A DNA stretch of 63,666 nt, filler included, from Thraustochytrium aureum (Eukaryota): the NCBI GenBank assembly GCA_012862495.1. It is 11 parts of 9 records of this genome, joined end to end, with 100 filler letters (N's around TTAATTAATTAA, not from the genome) between each part and the next. Parts side by side here need not be neighbours in the genome. Positions count along the whole stretch, not along the records: positions 1 to 26,875 come from BLSG01000062.1; 10 more parts are not named here. One strand, 5' to 3'. A program made the position numbers and the translations under genes. Below, in pieces: positions 1 through 11,331 of the stretch. A model generated the notes under the pieces. The model saw only the letters and a program-made list of their open reading frames with translations. It had not been told where the DNA came from and did not search any database. How positions within the stretch are numbered: the first letter of the stretch is position 1; every line of letters begins with the position of its first letter.

Positions 1-364
1 GCTGCTGCTGCTGCGGGATGGGATGCGATGGGCACGGGCGTTGACGGGCTGCTGCTGCAAGATGGGATGGATGGAGCTGGCCGGGCGCCTGCCTGCCTGC
101 CTGCCTGCCTGCCAGACCCCCAACGCCCTGCTGGCTGCGTCGCGCTGCCCGGCTGGCGCGTGGTTTGGCTCGGTGGCTGGCTGGCTGGCTGGCTGGCGGT
201 TTCTGGCGGGATTGCGTGGGCTGGCGAGGCCGGCACGTGGGATACCGCGGCGCAGGGGTCGTGCTTGGCTCCTACCTCGGCGAGGCTCCCAGGCTGGAGC
301 TGCGGCCGGGCCGAGCGGACGCAGTGCTGGCTGGGAAGGGCGCGGTCGGCGGCGCGCCAACGGG

Positions 365-1765
365 ATGGAGGAGCTCGTGGCCGCGGCAGAAGCCTCCGCG
401 ACGCCAGTGACGGTGCTGAGCGGGTTTCTGGGCGCAGGCAAAACGACGCTGGTCAAGCACTTGTTGGAGAACGAGAGCAAGGTCAAGGTCGGCGTTGTCG
501 TGAATGACGTCGCGCAAGTCAACGTGGACGCAAACCTCTTGGAATCTGTGGCGCGCGGGAAGGACAACGTGCAGACGGTGCGGATGAAAAATGGGTGCGC
601 ATGCTGCTCGGCCAGCGACGACCTCTTCAAGTCAATACGAGAGCTGACGTCGCTCGGCGAATTTGATCAGATTCTTATCGAGTGCTCTGGCGTTGCAGAG
701 CCAAAGCGAATGTGGTCCAACCTTAGCGACGCTTTGGAGGAAGAAGGCCTTGCTGGAGTTGTACGCCTGGCCAAGCTCGTCACGCTGGTGGATGCTTCAG
801 TGTTTCTAGACGCGTTTCGCTCAGCCGACGCTGCTGGCGCCGAGCAGGGCGCGGCACCAGCTCCGGCCCCGAGTCCCTGGGTCGAGGCGCCGGCACCGGC
901 TCGGTTCGTTGCAGAGCTGCTCGCAGAGCAGCTCGAGAGCGCGGACCTCGTCCTGGTCAACAAGGTCGACCTGGTAGACGCGGCCACGCTCGCCAAAGTG
1001 CGGGAGACCGTGCGCGCCGTTTGCCCGAACGCGCAGCTCGAGGAGGCCTCGTTCTCTGGCGTCGACGTCAAGATGATCTTTGACGGGGGGGAGAAGCGGA
1101 GCAACGCGTCCCTCAACGTGGACGAAGAGCACAAGCAATGGGGCTTGCTAGCAGAGGGCGCTGCACAAGGCGATCGGCCACCCGCCAAGCGCCAGCGCCT
1201 CCACTCGCCGATCTCCTCGTTTGTGTACAGGAGGCGGCGCGCTTTTGACCCGCAAAAGTTCGCTGCTCTTATGATCCGCCCAGAAACGCGCCCTGCTGAT
1301 TTGAGCGAGACCGTCCTGCGCTCCAAGGGTTACTGCTGGCTCTCAAATCACTGCGGAATGACCATGTACTGGTCCCTGGCCGGTGGCCGCAGCTCTCTGC
1401 AGCCCATCGGCGCCTGGTGGGCAGAAATACCGCGCTCGCATTGGCCCACAGACCAGATGCCGGAACAAATCCTCGCAGAGTTTGAAGCGCCATTTGGCGA
1501 CCGCCGGCAGGAGCTCGTTTTCATCGGAATCGGCATGGATCGGGAGCGCATCGAGGCCGCCCTGGATGGCTGTCTCCTTGATGACGACGGTATGGAATCG
1601 CTCAAAGCCGCTTGCCGCCCATGGGTCCCGGAACCTCCTGTTCTTGATGGCGCCGCCGAGGGGGGCGTTTTGAATGCGGGCGGTACAGAGGGCCTTGCTG
1701 CGCGCAAAGACTCGTGCGACGAGAACGATGCCGCGGAGGGCGGGGCGCAAACGGCGTCAACTTGA
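365..1765 (+). CDS. COG0523/CobW-family G3E zinc-chaperone GTPase with CobW_C domain
   Basis: PVTVLSGFLGAGKTT (Walker A), GCACC metal motif, IECSGVAEP, LVNKVDL, LRSKG and GDRRQELVFIG. Likely start is ATG 365; the ORF extension to 23 is microsatellite sequence. Confidence 0.93.
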   Translation: MEELVAAAEASATPVTVLSGFLGAGKTTLVKHLLENESKVKVGVVVNDVAQVNVDANLLESVARGKDNVQTVRMKNGCACCSASDDLFKSIRELTSLGEFDQILIECSGVAEPKRMWSNLSDALEEEGLAGVVRLAKLVTLVDASVFLDAFRSADAAGAEQGAAPAPAPSPWVEAPAPARFVAELLAEQLESADLVLVNKVDLVDAATLAKVRETVRAVCPNAQLEEASFSGVDVKMIFDGGEKRSNASLNVDEEHKQWGLLAEGAAQGDRPPAKRQRLHSPISSFVYRRRRAFDPQKFAALMIRPETRPADLSETVLRSKGYCWLSNHCGMTMYWSLAGGRSSLQPIGAWWAEIPRSHWPTDQMPEQILAEFEAPFGDRRQELVFIGIGMDRERIEAALDGCLLDDDGMESLKAACRPWVPEPPVLDGAAEGGVLNAGGTEGLAARKDSCDENDAAEGGAQTAST

Positions 1766-1857
1766 GGGCCCCTGTGCTGCGCGCAAAGACTCGTGCGACG
1801 AGAACGATGCCGCGGAGGGGGCGGGGCGCAAACGGCGCGTCAACTTGAGGGCCCCTG
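1696..1857 (+). repeat. 79-bp tandem duplication spanning the CobW stop codon
   Basis: tgctgcgcgcaaagactcgtgcgacgagaacgatgccgcggaggg...caacttgagggcccctg begins at 1696 and at 1775; copy 2 has two 2-nt insertions. Confidence 0.9.
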
Positions 1858-2057
1858 CGCTGCGCCCTACCGCGCCAAAGTGGAGCCTCGACTTTTGAAA
1901 GGTTGTAACTTGTCAATACAATTGTGGGAACTACAGACAGTATATCTCTTGCAATGGCTCGAACGCATCCGACGACCCTGCATCCGACGCTCGGGGCTCC
2001 GCTGTCGAGCAACCTGTGAGAGCGTGAAAGCCACCGAGGATAGGGCAGCGCACAGAG

Positions 2058-3159
2058 TCACATGTACAGCCTCCACGGATGGAGCTGGCCGTCCTTGCAC
2101 AGCTTGACCGCGTTGTGAAACCGGCTCCGCTGGAACAGAGTTCCGCCCTTTATCGTGAAGCTATACACCTGCTGGAACGAGTCCGCAGAAAACTTGCGGT
2201 GGCTCGGACCGTTATTGCTGGTTTGCAGAGCGCNNNNNNNNNNNNNNNNNNNNNNNNNNNNNNNNNNNNNNNNNNNNNNNNNNNNNNNNNNNNNNNNNNN
2301 NNNNNNNNNNNNNNNNNNNNNNNNNNNNNNNNNNNNNNNNNNNNNNNNNNNNNNNNNNNNNNNNNNNNNNNNNNNNNNNNNNNNNNNNNNNNNNNNNNNN
2401 NNNNNNNNNNNNNNNNNNNNNNNNNNNNNNNNNNNNNNNNNNNNNNNNNNNNNNNNNNNNNNNNNNNNNNNNNNNNNNNNNNNNNNNNNNNNNNNNNNNN
2501 NNNNNNNNNNNNNNNNNNNNNNNNNNNNNNNNNNNNNNNNNNNNNNNNNNNNNNNNNNNNNNNNNNNNNNNNNNNNNNNNNNNNNNNNNNNNNNNNNNNN
2601 NNNNNNNNNNNNNNNNNNNNNNNNNNNNNNNNNNNNNNNNNNNNNNNNNNNNNNNNNNNNNNNNNNNNNNNNNNNNNNNNNNNNNNNNNNNNNNNNNNNN
2701 NNNNNNNNNNNNNNNNNNNNNNNNNNNNNNNNNNNNNNNNNNNNNNNNNNNNNNNNNNNNNNNNNNNNNNNNNNNNNNNNNNNNNNNNNNNNNNNNNNNN
2801 NNNNNNNNNNNNNNNNNNNNNNNNNNNNNNNNNNNNNNNNNNNNNNNNNNNNNNNNNNNNNNNNNNNNNNNNNNNNNNNNNNNNNNNNNNNNNNNNNNNN
2901 NNNNNNNNNNNNNNNNNNNNNNNNNNNNNNNNNNNNNNNNNNNNNNNNNNNNNNNNNNNNNNNNNNNNNNNNNNNNNNNNNNNNNNNNNNNNNNNNNNNN
3001 NNNNNNNNNNNNNNNNNNNNNNNNNNNNNNNNNNNNNNNNNNNNNNNNNNNNNNNNNNNNNNNNNNNNNNNNCTCGCCCGATGCCATTCCCGTCCGCGAG
3101 CATCGCTTGAGGAAGTTGATGTGGTCCAGGAGCGACGCCACGGGGTCTGCGCTCGACAT
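2058..3159 (-). CDS. possible hypothetical protein, mostly inside an N gap
   Basis: MSSADPVASLLDHINFLKR.. before the gap and an open frame ..KLCKDGQLHPWRLYM* after it. A + strand reading from 2079 is equally possible. Confidence 0.2.
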
Positions 3160-5324
3160 CGTGAGGCTCGACCGGCGTCTGGCTTCTGTGTCGCGGTGCC
3201 GGATTCGCGTCAGGTGCCGTGCTGCGCGCCTTTTGAGAGAGCTGAGCTGTTTGGTGAAGCGAGTGAGCGAGAGAGCCTGGTCGGCGTGCTGAACGTGTCA
3301 CCGTTAGGGGATTGCTCGACCCCGGCCGCCACGTTCGCCCCGATGTGACCGCTTCTTCTTGCAGGGCTAGGCTTGGTCCCAAAGCACTCGTGCTTCAGAA
3401 AAGATCTGCTCAGTTCTCGAGGTATGTAGATCCGTGCGGGGGGAAGGAAGAGAGGCGGTTTGAACTGCAGAGGGCAACGGATGTGTCAGATGCGCAAGGT
3501 CCTTCCGAGAAAAGCAGCGGCCGATGGATGCTGGGCCGGCAGAGCCTGGTAGCCGAATGAGGGCCGGGCTGTTGCTTCAGACCTGCGACGCCCCTGAAGG
3601 CAGGCGGTTGGCGTCTCGCGTTGTGCCGTCGCGGCGACAAAAAGAGCGACCTGAAGTGATCTAAAATGCACCTGCTGCATTCCAGCTCATGCCGCAGGTC
3701 CGCTCGCCGCGGCGTGCCAGGCTCCAAACAGGGCGCCTCAGCTGCCCTGCGGGGACACGCAAACGCGGCAGGCCGGCCGCCTCATCAAAGAGAGACAACA
3801 TGCCCCCAACCAGCTCCGTTCGAGCCGGCCCCCTTGCCCAGCTCACAGCGGTCCGGCTCGCGACCAAGTAGCGAGCAACCGTCGTCGTCAGCCGCAACGG
3901 GAGGGCGGCGGGAACCGGCCTCGCTGCTTCCAAGCGAGTGGGTGCTCGGCGTGTTGGCCCCCCGGCGAGTCGAGGCGGTCAAACGGGAGTCGTTTTGGCG
4001 CCGGAATGGCCACCTCGCCAGGTCCCGCTGCTCTCCAGCGCCCTCGTAACAGCACGCCAAGCGAGCGCGCCGTGGGCGTACAGTGGCTGCTGTCGGTGCA
4101 TTGCGGGTCCTGCGCGCCGGGCTTCGGCGTGCTGCGTATGCCTGCAGGGTCACGACAAAGGGAGGAGGAGGATGGGACAGGCTCGAGAGCGACGGCAAGC
4201 TTCGCGCGTGTCGCGCGCGGGCGCTCCAGGAGGGAGAGCGGGCTGTGACGGCGCGTGACGGGCTGCTGGAATAGGCAGCGGCCACGGGGTGCTGCTTTGG
4301 CGCTGGGCTGTGCGGACGCGGACCAAGTCGGGAAAGATGTGCAAGGGACGCGAAGGCGGTTGCGAATGGGCCCGCGCCGGACGCTCTTGGCACGCAAGCG
4401 GCTCGCGGTGGGCGTGACGCGCGAGGCGTTGGCGCCGGGCTCGCTGTTGGCCTCCGCGGGAACTCCGTTTTCATGAACAATAAAGTAAAGCGCGAACAGG
4501 CCAAGAATTTCCCGTGCGCTGGCCGGCGCTGGAGGCCTGCGAAAGCTTTGCCCTGGCTCCTAAAGGCCGGCGCACAGCCAAAGGTGGTGGCGGGGACAAA
4601 ACGAGTGTTTGGCCGGCTGCGAGAGCGCACGAGTACTGGTGTGCTTTCCCGAGCAACGCCATGCCAGCAACTCTTCCGCGAAGGTGCTTACGTGAGTGCT
4701 GCGAGCAGGTGGAGCCCTGCACTGCATGAGTCAGTCACTCTGGCGTGGCTGCGACGAACCCAGCGCAACGGCCGCGAACGTTCTCGCGGGACATCGTTTT
4801 GCAGTCTTTCAGCCCCTGGCGACCAGCCCAGATCATGTGTCGCTAGCAGAGTTCTGACCGAGAAGGAAGCATCGGTGCTTTTGCTTTTGAGCGGAGAGCA
4901 GGACTTGGAACTCTTTCTTCCTTGCTTTAGCAGGTGCCACGATTGTCGGCGCTTCTCTCGCGCCTGGCTCTCGGCGCGGCGCCGCCGCTCCCTGGCCGGA
5001 TTTTACTCCGGATGTATCGAATGCGCGGGGAGGCGCCTCCGCTCTCTAGAGGTAGCTAGAGCAACCCAAGGAGACTGGACGGGAAGTTGGATCCGCTCGG
5101 TCAGCAGCAAACGCTGCATGCGAGACTGGCTGACAGAAGGTATTTTTGCTTTCCTTTTCCTTTTTCGCAGCACGACCAATGGGTCGGGCAACACACTTCC
5201 CTTCTAACAAAACGCAGGAAACTATACAACGAGCACAGCAATGCGGCCACCAGTCCGGACACGCCGCGAGCCAGAAGCGAGCCAGAAGGCTGCCGAGCCA
5301 CGTCAACCAACCAATTGGCCCATG

Positions 5325-6723
5325 TCAATACTTCTCCACGCGGAATATGTTGCCGGAGGTGACCGACTTGAGCTCGCTGGTGACGACAACATTGTTCGCG
5401 CGCGCCGAACCCTTGGGCTGCACGAGGCCGGCGATTTCGTCGTCCATTTCTTGGATCTTATGTTGCAGCGCCGCAATCTGCGATCCCTTGGCGTCCTGCT
5501 TCTCTTCCAGCTTGACCGCTGTGGAGCGAAGGTCTTCGCAGAACATGCGCAGGAGCTCAAAGTCGAGCTGGAGCAACTGTTCGTCGCTTCCGTCCGGAGG
5601 TGGAAGGCGGGGGCGCGGCGGGGGTGGAATGATCCAACCAACGCGTTTAGCGACCAGGAAGCGCTCCTCGATCTTGTTGGCCGAGACTTGGCGCACCGGG
5701 CTCGTGACGTGCGTGGAGGGGCCGCGAAACTTTGCCAGCTTCTTCATGTTTTTCTTGATCACTCCAGACGCGCTGACCATGCTTGTGCTGACAAGGCTCG
5801 GTTGCTTTTTCATTCGGCGGCCGAGCTGGTGGACGCGGGGGTGCGCGCAGGATTTTCTCGCTCTTCTTGGGCGGGGGCGGCGGCGGCGGCGGGAGCGAGA
5901 GAGACTTTGGCCGCGAGAGGAAGCGGTTTGACGCGCGTAGCTTGGGGGGCTTGTCAGTGGGTGGTGCGGGCGCGTCCGTGGCGGGCCGTGGCGGCCACTT
6001 GTGCGCGTTGCGGTTGCGGTCCGCCTTCTTGCGCGTGCCGAAAATGATCGCCGAGGTCTGCGTTGTGGCGTCGTCGTCGTCGAGCACCTCCTCGTCGTCG
6101 TGGTGCGCCGCTGTGGCCGAAATGCCGTTGAAATCGTACTTGATGACCGTGACGTCCACGAGGCCGAGGCCACGCTTCTCCTTGCGCTTTTTCTTGCCGA
6201 CCTGCCAAAACCCAACAGGCTGGATCACGATGCCAAAGTTTTCGTCGCTCGTGAGCTTGAGGACGTCTTCGTCGCTCAGGTGGCGCGCGATGGAGAGGTC
6301 TGTCGGTGCCACGTTGCCGGTGATGCATCTGTACCTGTACGAGGTGTCGCCCATTTTCTTTCGTGACCCGTCGCGCCCAAATCGCTGCCGGAAGCTCTCC
6401 ATCTCGTCGTCGGAGGATTCCTCTTCGTCACTGTCAGTAAGTTCTTCGTGCAGGAGGAAGGGCCGCCCGCTCGCGTCGATGGCATTCGGTTGGGCTTGGC
6501 GGCCCCCGGACTTGGACTTGCCGCCGCTCTGGCTCTTGGGCGTGTACAGCTCGGCAAAATCATCCTTCCCGTCGCTTGAAGAGCTCAGCCCCCCGGTGCT
6601 CCCGCCCTCGTGCGGCCTTACAGGGCGGTGCTTCTTCTTCTTGACGGGCTTGTTCTTCTTCTTCGCCTCGTCCTCGCGCACCGCCGACGTGGCGAGGTCG
6701 AGGTTGAGCCCGAGGTCGGCCAT
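5325..6723 (-). CDS. hypothetical protein (acidic/Lys-rich N-terminus, Pro-rich linker, C-terminal coiled coil), one apparent frameshift near 5840-5890
   Basis: MADLGLNLDL.. in ORF 5647..6909 continues into ..RMKKQPSLVSTSMVS..IAALQHKIQEMDDEIAGL in ORF 5325..6215. Confidence 0.6.
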
Positions 6724-8273
6724 CCTGCCAACCACAGGCCCAGTCGCCGCAGCGCGAACCGCAGCACCCGCGGGACGTGCCTCCTCGCAAGCCAGCGGGC
6801 GCACCGGGGCGGGGAAGAAGAAGAGGAGGAGCAGCAGGAGGAGGAGAAAGCACACTTGGCGGCTCGCGAGCAGTTCGCGTGTCTCTCTGCCAGCTTGTCG
6901 GGCGCGCAAAGACGAGCACGCAGCGCGCGCGCCGTCGGTTGCTCCGTGCTTCGCCGGCAGCCGTGCAGCGATACGGCCTCTGCTCTCCCTCCGCGCACGC
7001 GCTCGTCCGCTCTGTCCTGCTCGATTGCCATCTGCTCGCGCGCGACGTGCATGTGCATTCGGGATATGCGCGTCGTAGAGGGAAAGATCCGTTGTTTACG
7101 GTACTTTATAGTCGTTGTTCATGGAAGTTCACGCTGTGCATGGATGTATCGCGATCGTTCGAGCCTCGCGCGTGCACCTTGCGGCGGCTGCAGAACGCAT
7201 CGGTATTTAAAGCAGACGGGGAACGCGGATGCAGCGAAACATATGCTTCGGAGAGTGCTCATTAACTGCGTAAAAGCACGCGCTCGCGGCGTCGAGCCGC
7301 GTAGCTAAGCACTAAGAGCTTCTACCGCGAAGGGCCTAAAAGGGCCCCGCAAGCTCGCCGTGGATAAAAACACGTAGAATCGTTCGCGAACTCGTTCCTT
7401 TTCGCGCCCTCGAGGAGGTCAAACAAACACCGAACAGCACAGCAGCACAGCCATTTGAATTTCAAAAAACCTCGCACCTCGAGACGAAAGTCAACCAGTT
7501 GATTGATGTTTACTCCATTTACGTCTCGCTGCGCCGCGAAGAGGGCTTGCTGGAGAGGGCCCAGGCCAGCCCCATGGGGGCCAGAGGTTGAATGCGAATC
7601 GAAGGTTGCCAGATGCCGCAGAACTCGCCGGATGGCAGCCTTGATGTGTTGATTGGAGGAAGAGGATGAATGATGAGTGACGCCGGCGGACTGGCAAAAC
7701 GATATCATTCGAGGCGTCCTGCCGAGTTGGTCAATCTCGGCACGTCCGCCGGCAGTCGACCGCGAGCTTGATGGCCTCGCGGAACGCTCGCTTTGCCGCC
7801 GCGGATCGATGCGGGCGTGCTTCGTTTCGCTCCACCAGAATGGGGCTGATGAAAGTGTGAGCGATCACGAGCGAGATGACCCACCCCCAAAATGTCCTGC
7901 CGACCGAAACGTTGGTGCTGGTCTGGAGAGCGGTGCGCGGCTCGAGTGCAGCGCCGACAGCGGTTGACTGGCTGGCTGGCCGGCTGGCTGGTCGTCCGAC
8001 TGCATTTTCGGTTCACGCTCTTCGCTCGGTCGCTCTTGTGATAGACTTGTATCCGTGGGACCGATCCACCGTTTGCTTCACCTCCGCGCTCTGTGGAGAG
8101 CGTACCCGTCGTCGCGCAGTACCCAAGCTCAACGTGACGAAAGCTTGTGCACGACGCGCGAACCGCCCCGCGAGACAGGGGCGCGGCGTGGCTGGCCTGA
8201 AACCCCGCGCGTTGCGGGTGGGCGTTTACAATCACCAAGCAAGCTCCAGGTCGCCCCGGAGACCAACGCCAAG

Positions 8274-9113
8274 ATGCCATCTCAAGACGACTTGACCACC
8301 ATGGACGCGCTCGCCCCGATCGAGCTGCTGCAGCCCATCCAGGCCCTCGAGACACTTGAGGCCTTCGACTTGAACCTGCGCCTAACGAGCCTTCCGCATC
8401 CCGCCCAGGAAAGCACCGTCTCTGCAAACCATTCCGTCGCAGCGAGCAGCAGCAGCAGCAGCAGTTTCTACAGCAGCTTTAGCAAGAGCTCGGCCGGTAG
8501 CCCAACTGACGCAGAATCAGGGGGAAAGCGTCTCGAGTCGCCAGGCCCAGCCTCACCGGGGCCAACAGAGGACGCTGACGCAACATTGGGCGAGGCTACA
8601 GCTATGGAGCAGCACGAAAGTGCCAGGAACGAGCGCCCCGCAACTCCAATAGGGTGCTATCTCACGTTTGAGGCCGTCAGCGAAGGCACGCTCTTCCTCA
8701 ACTGGAGCGAGTCGCCGATCGACGGCGCCTTGGCGTTCTTCTCCCCCGGCAAGGCTGTCCCAAAGTTTAAGTTCAAGCAGAACGGCGGGAAGAGCGAGTT
8801 GATCCGCGGGATGCGCGGTGGCACGGGCAAAGGCATGAAGCGCTACTTTGAGGGCTGGGTCCAGTTCATCAAGTTGGCGCGAGAATTCGTTGGCGAAGTA
8901 ATCGTCTGGCACTCCAAAGACGTCGCCCTCTACTATCTCGACGCCTCAAACAAGGTGCAGAGGCTGGCCACCGACCGTCGGCAGGCCAGCAGCGCTGCCT
9001 GCGCCGTCGCTGCGATCGCGCCGGTCAACACGACCTTTGAGGGCGTCGTGACCATGACGCGCGACTACTTTGCCGGCACGGGCAACCGCGAAGGCGCCGC
9101 GCTGCTCTTCTAG
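8274..9113 (+). CDS. immune mapped protein (IMP1/IMP2)-like domain protein
   Basis: C-terminal GCYLTFE..GTLFLNWSESP..GALAFFSPGKAVPKFKFKQNGGKSELIRG..YFEGWVQFIK resembles the apicomplexan IMP1/IMP2 domain; the N-terminus is Ser-rich and looks disordered. Confidence 0.72.
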   Translation: MPSQDDLTTMDALAPIELLQPIQALETLEAFDLNLRLTSLPHPAQESTVSANHSVAASSSSSSSFYSSFSKSSAGSPTDAESGGKRLESPGPASPGPTEDADATLGEATAMEQHESARNERPATPIGCYLTFEAVSEGTLFLNWSESPIDGALAFFSPGKAVPKFKFKQNGGKSELIRGMRGGTGKGMKRYFEGWVQFIKLAREFVGEVIVWHSKDVALYYLDASNKVQRLATDRRQASSAACAVAAIAPVNTTFEGVVTMTRDYFAGTGNREGAALLF

Positions 9114-10269
9114 CTCTAGCTAGAGCTAGTGGATCTCCCCAGCAGAGCTCGCTCGCCTAACGAATGACTCTCTTGCGCCCAGCGCGGCCTCCGTCCTTGC
9201 CTTTTGATGCACCTCGTCCTCTGCCTTTTCGCTCCCCTGGCGCTGGCGTTTCTTTGNNNNNNNNNNNNNNNNNNNNNNNNNNNNNNNNNNNNNNNNNNNN
9301 NNNNNNNNNNNNNNNNNNNNNNNNNNNNNNNNNNNNNNNNNNNNNNNNNNNNNNNNNNNNNNNNNNNNNNNNNNNNNNNNNNNNNNNNNNNNNNNNNNNN
9401 NNNNNNNNNNNNNNNNNNNNNNNNNNNNNNNNNNNNNNNNNNNNNNNNNNNNNNNNNNNNNNNNNNNNNNNNNNNNNNNNNNNNNNNNNNNNNNNNNNNN
9501 NNNNNNNNNNNNNNNNNNNNNNNNNNNNNNNNNNNNNNNNNNNNNNNNNNNNNNNNNNNNNNNNNNNNNNNNNNNNNNNNNNNNNNNNNNNNNNNNNNNN
9601 NNNNNNNNNNNNNNNNNNNNNNNNNNNNNNNNNNNNNNNNNNNNNNNNNNNNNNNNNNNNNNNNNNNNNNNNNNNNNNNNNNNNNNNNNNNNNNNNNNNN
9701 NNNNNNNNNNNNNNNNNNNNNNNNNNNNNNNNNNNNNNNNNNNNNNNNNNNNNNNNNNNNNNNNNNNNNNNNNNNNNNNNNNNNNNNNNNNNNNNNNNNN
9801 NNNNNNNNNNNNNNNNNNNNNNNNNNNNNNNNNNNNNNNNNNNNNNNNNNNNNNNNNNNNNNNNNNNNNNNNNNNNNNNNNNNNACAACATGACCTTCGT
9901 GAGTTCCACTCTCGTCCTGCTCAGCACCGTGGTGCTGGCTGACACACCCACTGATTCAGGCTACGTTGCCTTTGGCGTCACGTGCCCTGTCAGTACAGCC
10001 GCCCTGAGCTCGCGCACTGGCTTGCTGTTGGTTCGGTGTCTGCTGGTGGTGATGTCTAAAAGATGAGCCGTCTTTCTACTAGACATCTCGATAGGCATCC
10101 ACCTATCCTAACTCACACAAGTACTCGAGTAAGTACCTTTGGTCTTCGTGCCTTGGCCAACCATCCCAGGCAGCGTGATGACTCGACGAGCTCGCCACTA
10201 CTCCAGGACGTGCCCGCGGCTGGCCGGTAACTGATCAGAAGGATCAGTTCCCAACGTTGCCCAACATCA

Positions 10270-11232
10270 TTGGCAAAGTGCGTCCAAACCAGCATCGGAT
10301 CCGACCTGCGCACGTTCTCGCCGAGCGCAACAGACCGCGGCCAGCGCAGGACGCGGTGCGTGGCGGCCCGCCGAGCCCGCCTGCAGCCCCTGTGCGGACT
10401 CTCCGTGGCACCGCCTGTCCAGACGGGGCCGGGGCGGTGCGGTGGGCGGTTGGGATTGCGGCGGAGAGACGATGCGGCCTTCCGACCCGTCCGGCGCGAA
10501 GGCCGCTCGCGCGCTCTCCGGCATCAGACGCCAGGCGCAAGCGTCGCGGGACGCTGCGCAAGGGCATGCAGACGCCGCCGGCCTTGTGGCCGCTGCGGGC
10601 CCGGGGTTGGAAAAAACGGGACGGCGAAGGCTGCGCTCGAGAACGCTGGACTCGGAGCCCTCGCGGCGCGACGCAAGACGACGCGAGGCCGAGGCGGCGC
10701 ACAGCAAAAGCAAAAGGATGGGGACCGGCCTATCGGCCCTGGGTGGCTCCAACTTCGCCTTGCACAGTTGCAAGAGGACTTGCCGCCGCCGTGGAAGCAA
10801 GTCCAAGGTGCGACGACACAGGGTGGGTGCTTCGACAACGAGGCAGCCACCGCCAGACGCGAAATCCGCGCCCTTGCCAGCAAGTATGTAAAACAGTTTC
10901 CGGGTGCCGGCGCCGGCTTGCTTAGGGATGTCGTTGCCATTTTGACGCTCGAGGAGGCCACGGGTGAGCCCACAACGATAACAAATCCTGCCCAACCTTC
11001 CGCACAAACTGCCGTACACCACAGCAGGCACAAGCGGCCAAAGCGCACTAGAGTGGACGCGAGCGAGGGGCGCAAAGCTAGCACCGCTCGCGGTGGCTCC
11101 CGCACATCCAGCAAAGGGCCCAGCAAGCGCAAGCGGCGGGGACGAAATAGCACGGGCGCGTTGGTGGCGTCCCAGCCAGCTGCGATTTCCTTGGGCATGG
11201 AGGGCGGCCAGGCGAACGCAGGCCCCGGCTGA
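10270..11232 (+). CDS. hypothetical protein (5' part uncertain)
   Basis: Protein-like 3' half (ARREIRALASKYVKQFPGAGAGLLRDVVAILTLEE), basic tail, ends 100 bp from the convergent NCKAP1 stop. Confidence 0.3.
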   Translation: MAKCVQTSIGSDLRTFSPSATDRGQRRTRCVAARRARLQPLCGLSVAPPVQTGPGRCGGRLGLRRRDDAAFRPVRREGRSRALRHQTPGASVAGRCARACRRRRPCGRCGPGVGKNGTAKAALENAGLGALAARRKTTRGRGGAQQKQKDGDRPIGPGWLQLRLAQLQEDLPPPWKQVQGATTQGGCFDNEAATARREIRALASKYVKQFPGAGAGLLRDVVAILTLEEATGEPTTITNPAQPSAQTAVHHSRHKRPKRTRVDASEGRKASTARGGSRTSSKGPSKRKRRGRNSTGALVASQPAAISLGMEGGQANAGPG

Positions 11233-11331
11233 GCAAACGTTCTAAAGAGCAAGGAGCGCAAGTCCCGCGATGCGATCTGTGTGTCCAAGGGGTGGCAAAG
11301 TCTCTTCGGTATCTTGAAAATACGTAAGCCC

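Noticed and set aside
23..364. 114-aa N-terminal extension of the CobW ORF
   Set aside because: Made of (GCCT)n/(GGCT)n microsatellite sequence from a non-ATG start; likely 5' UTR or promoter.
3200..5300. Many overlapping 60-280 aa ORFs
   Set aside because: Arg/Ala/Pro-rich with no recognisable motifs; expected by chance in GC-rich DNA.
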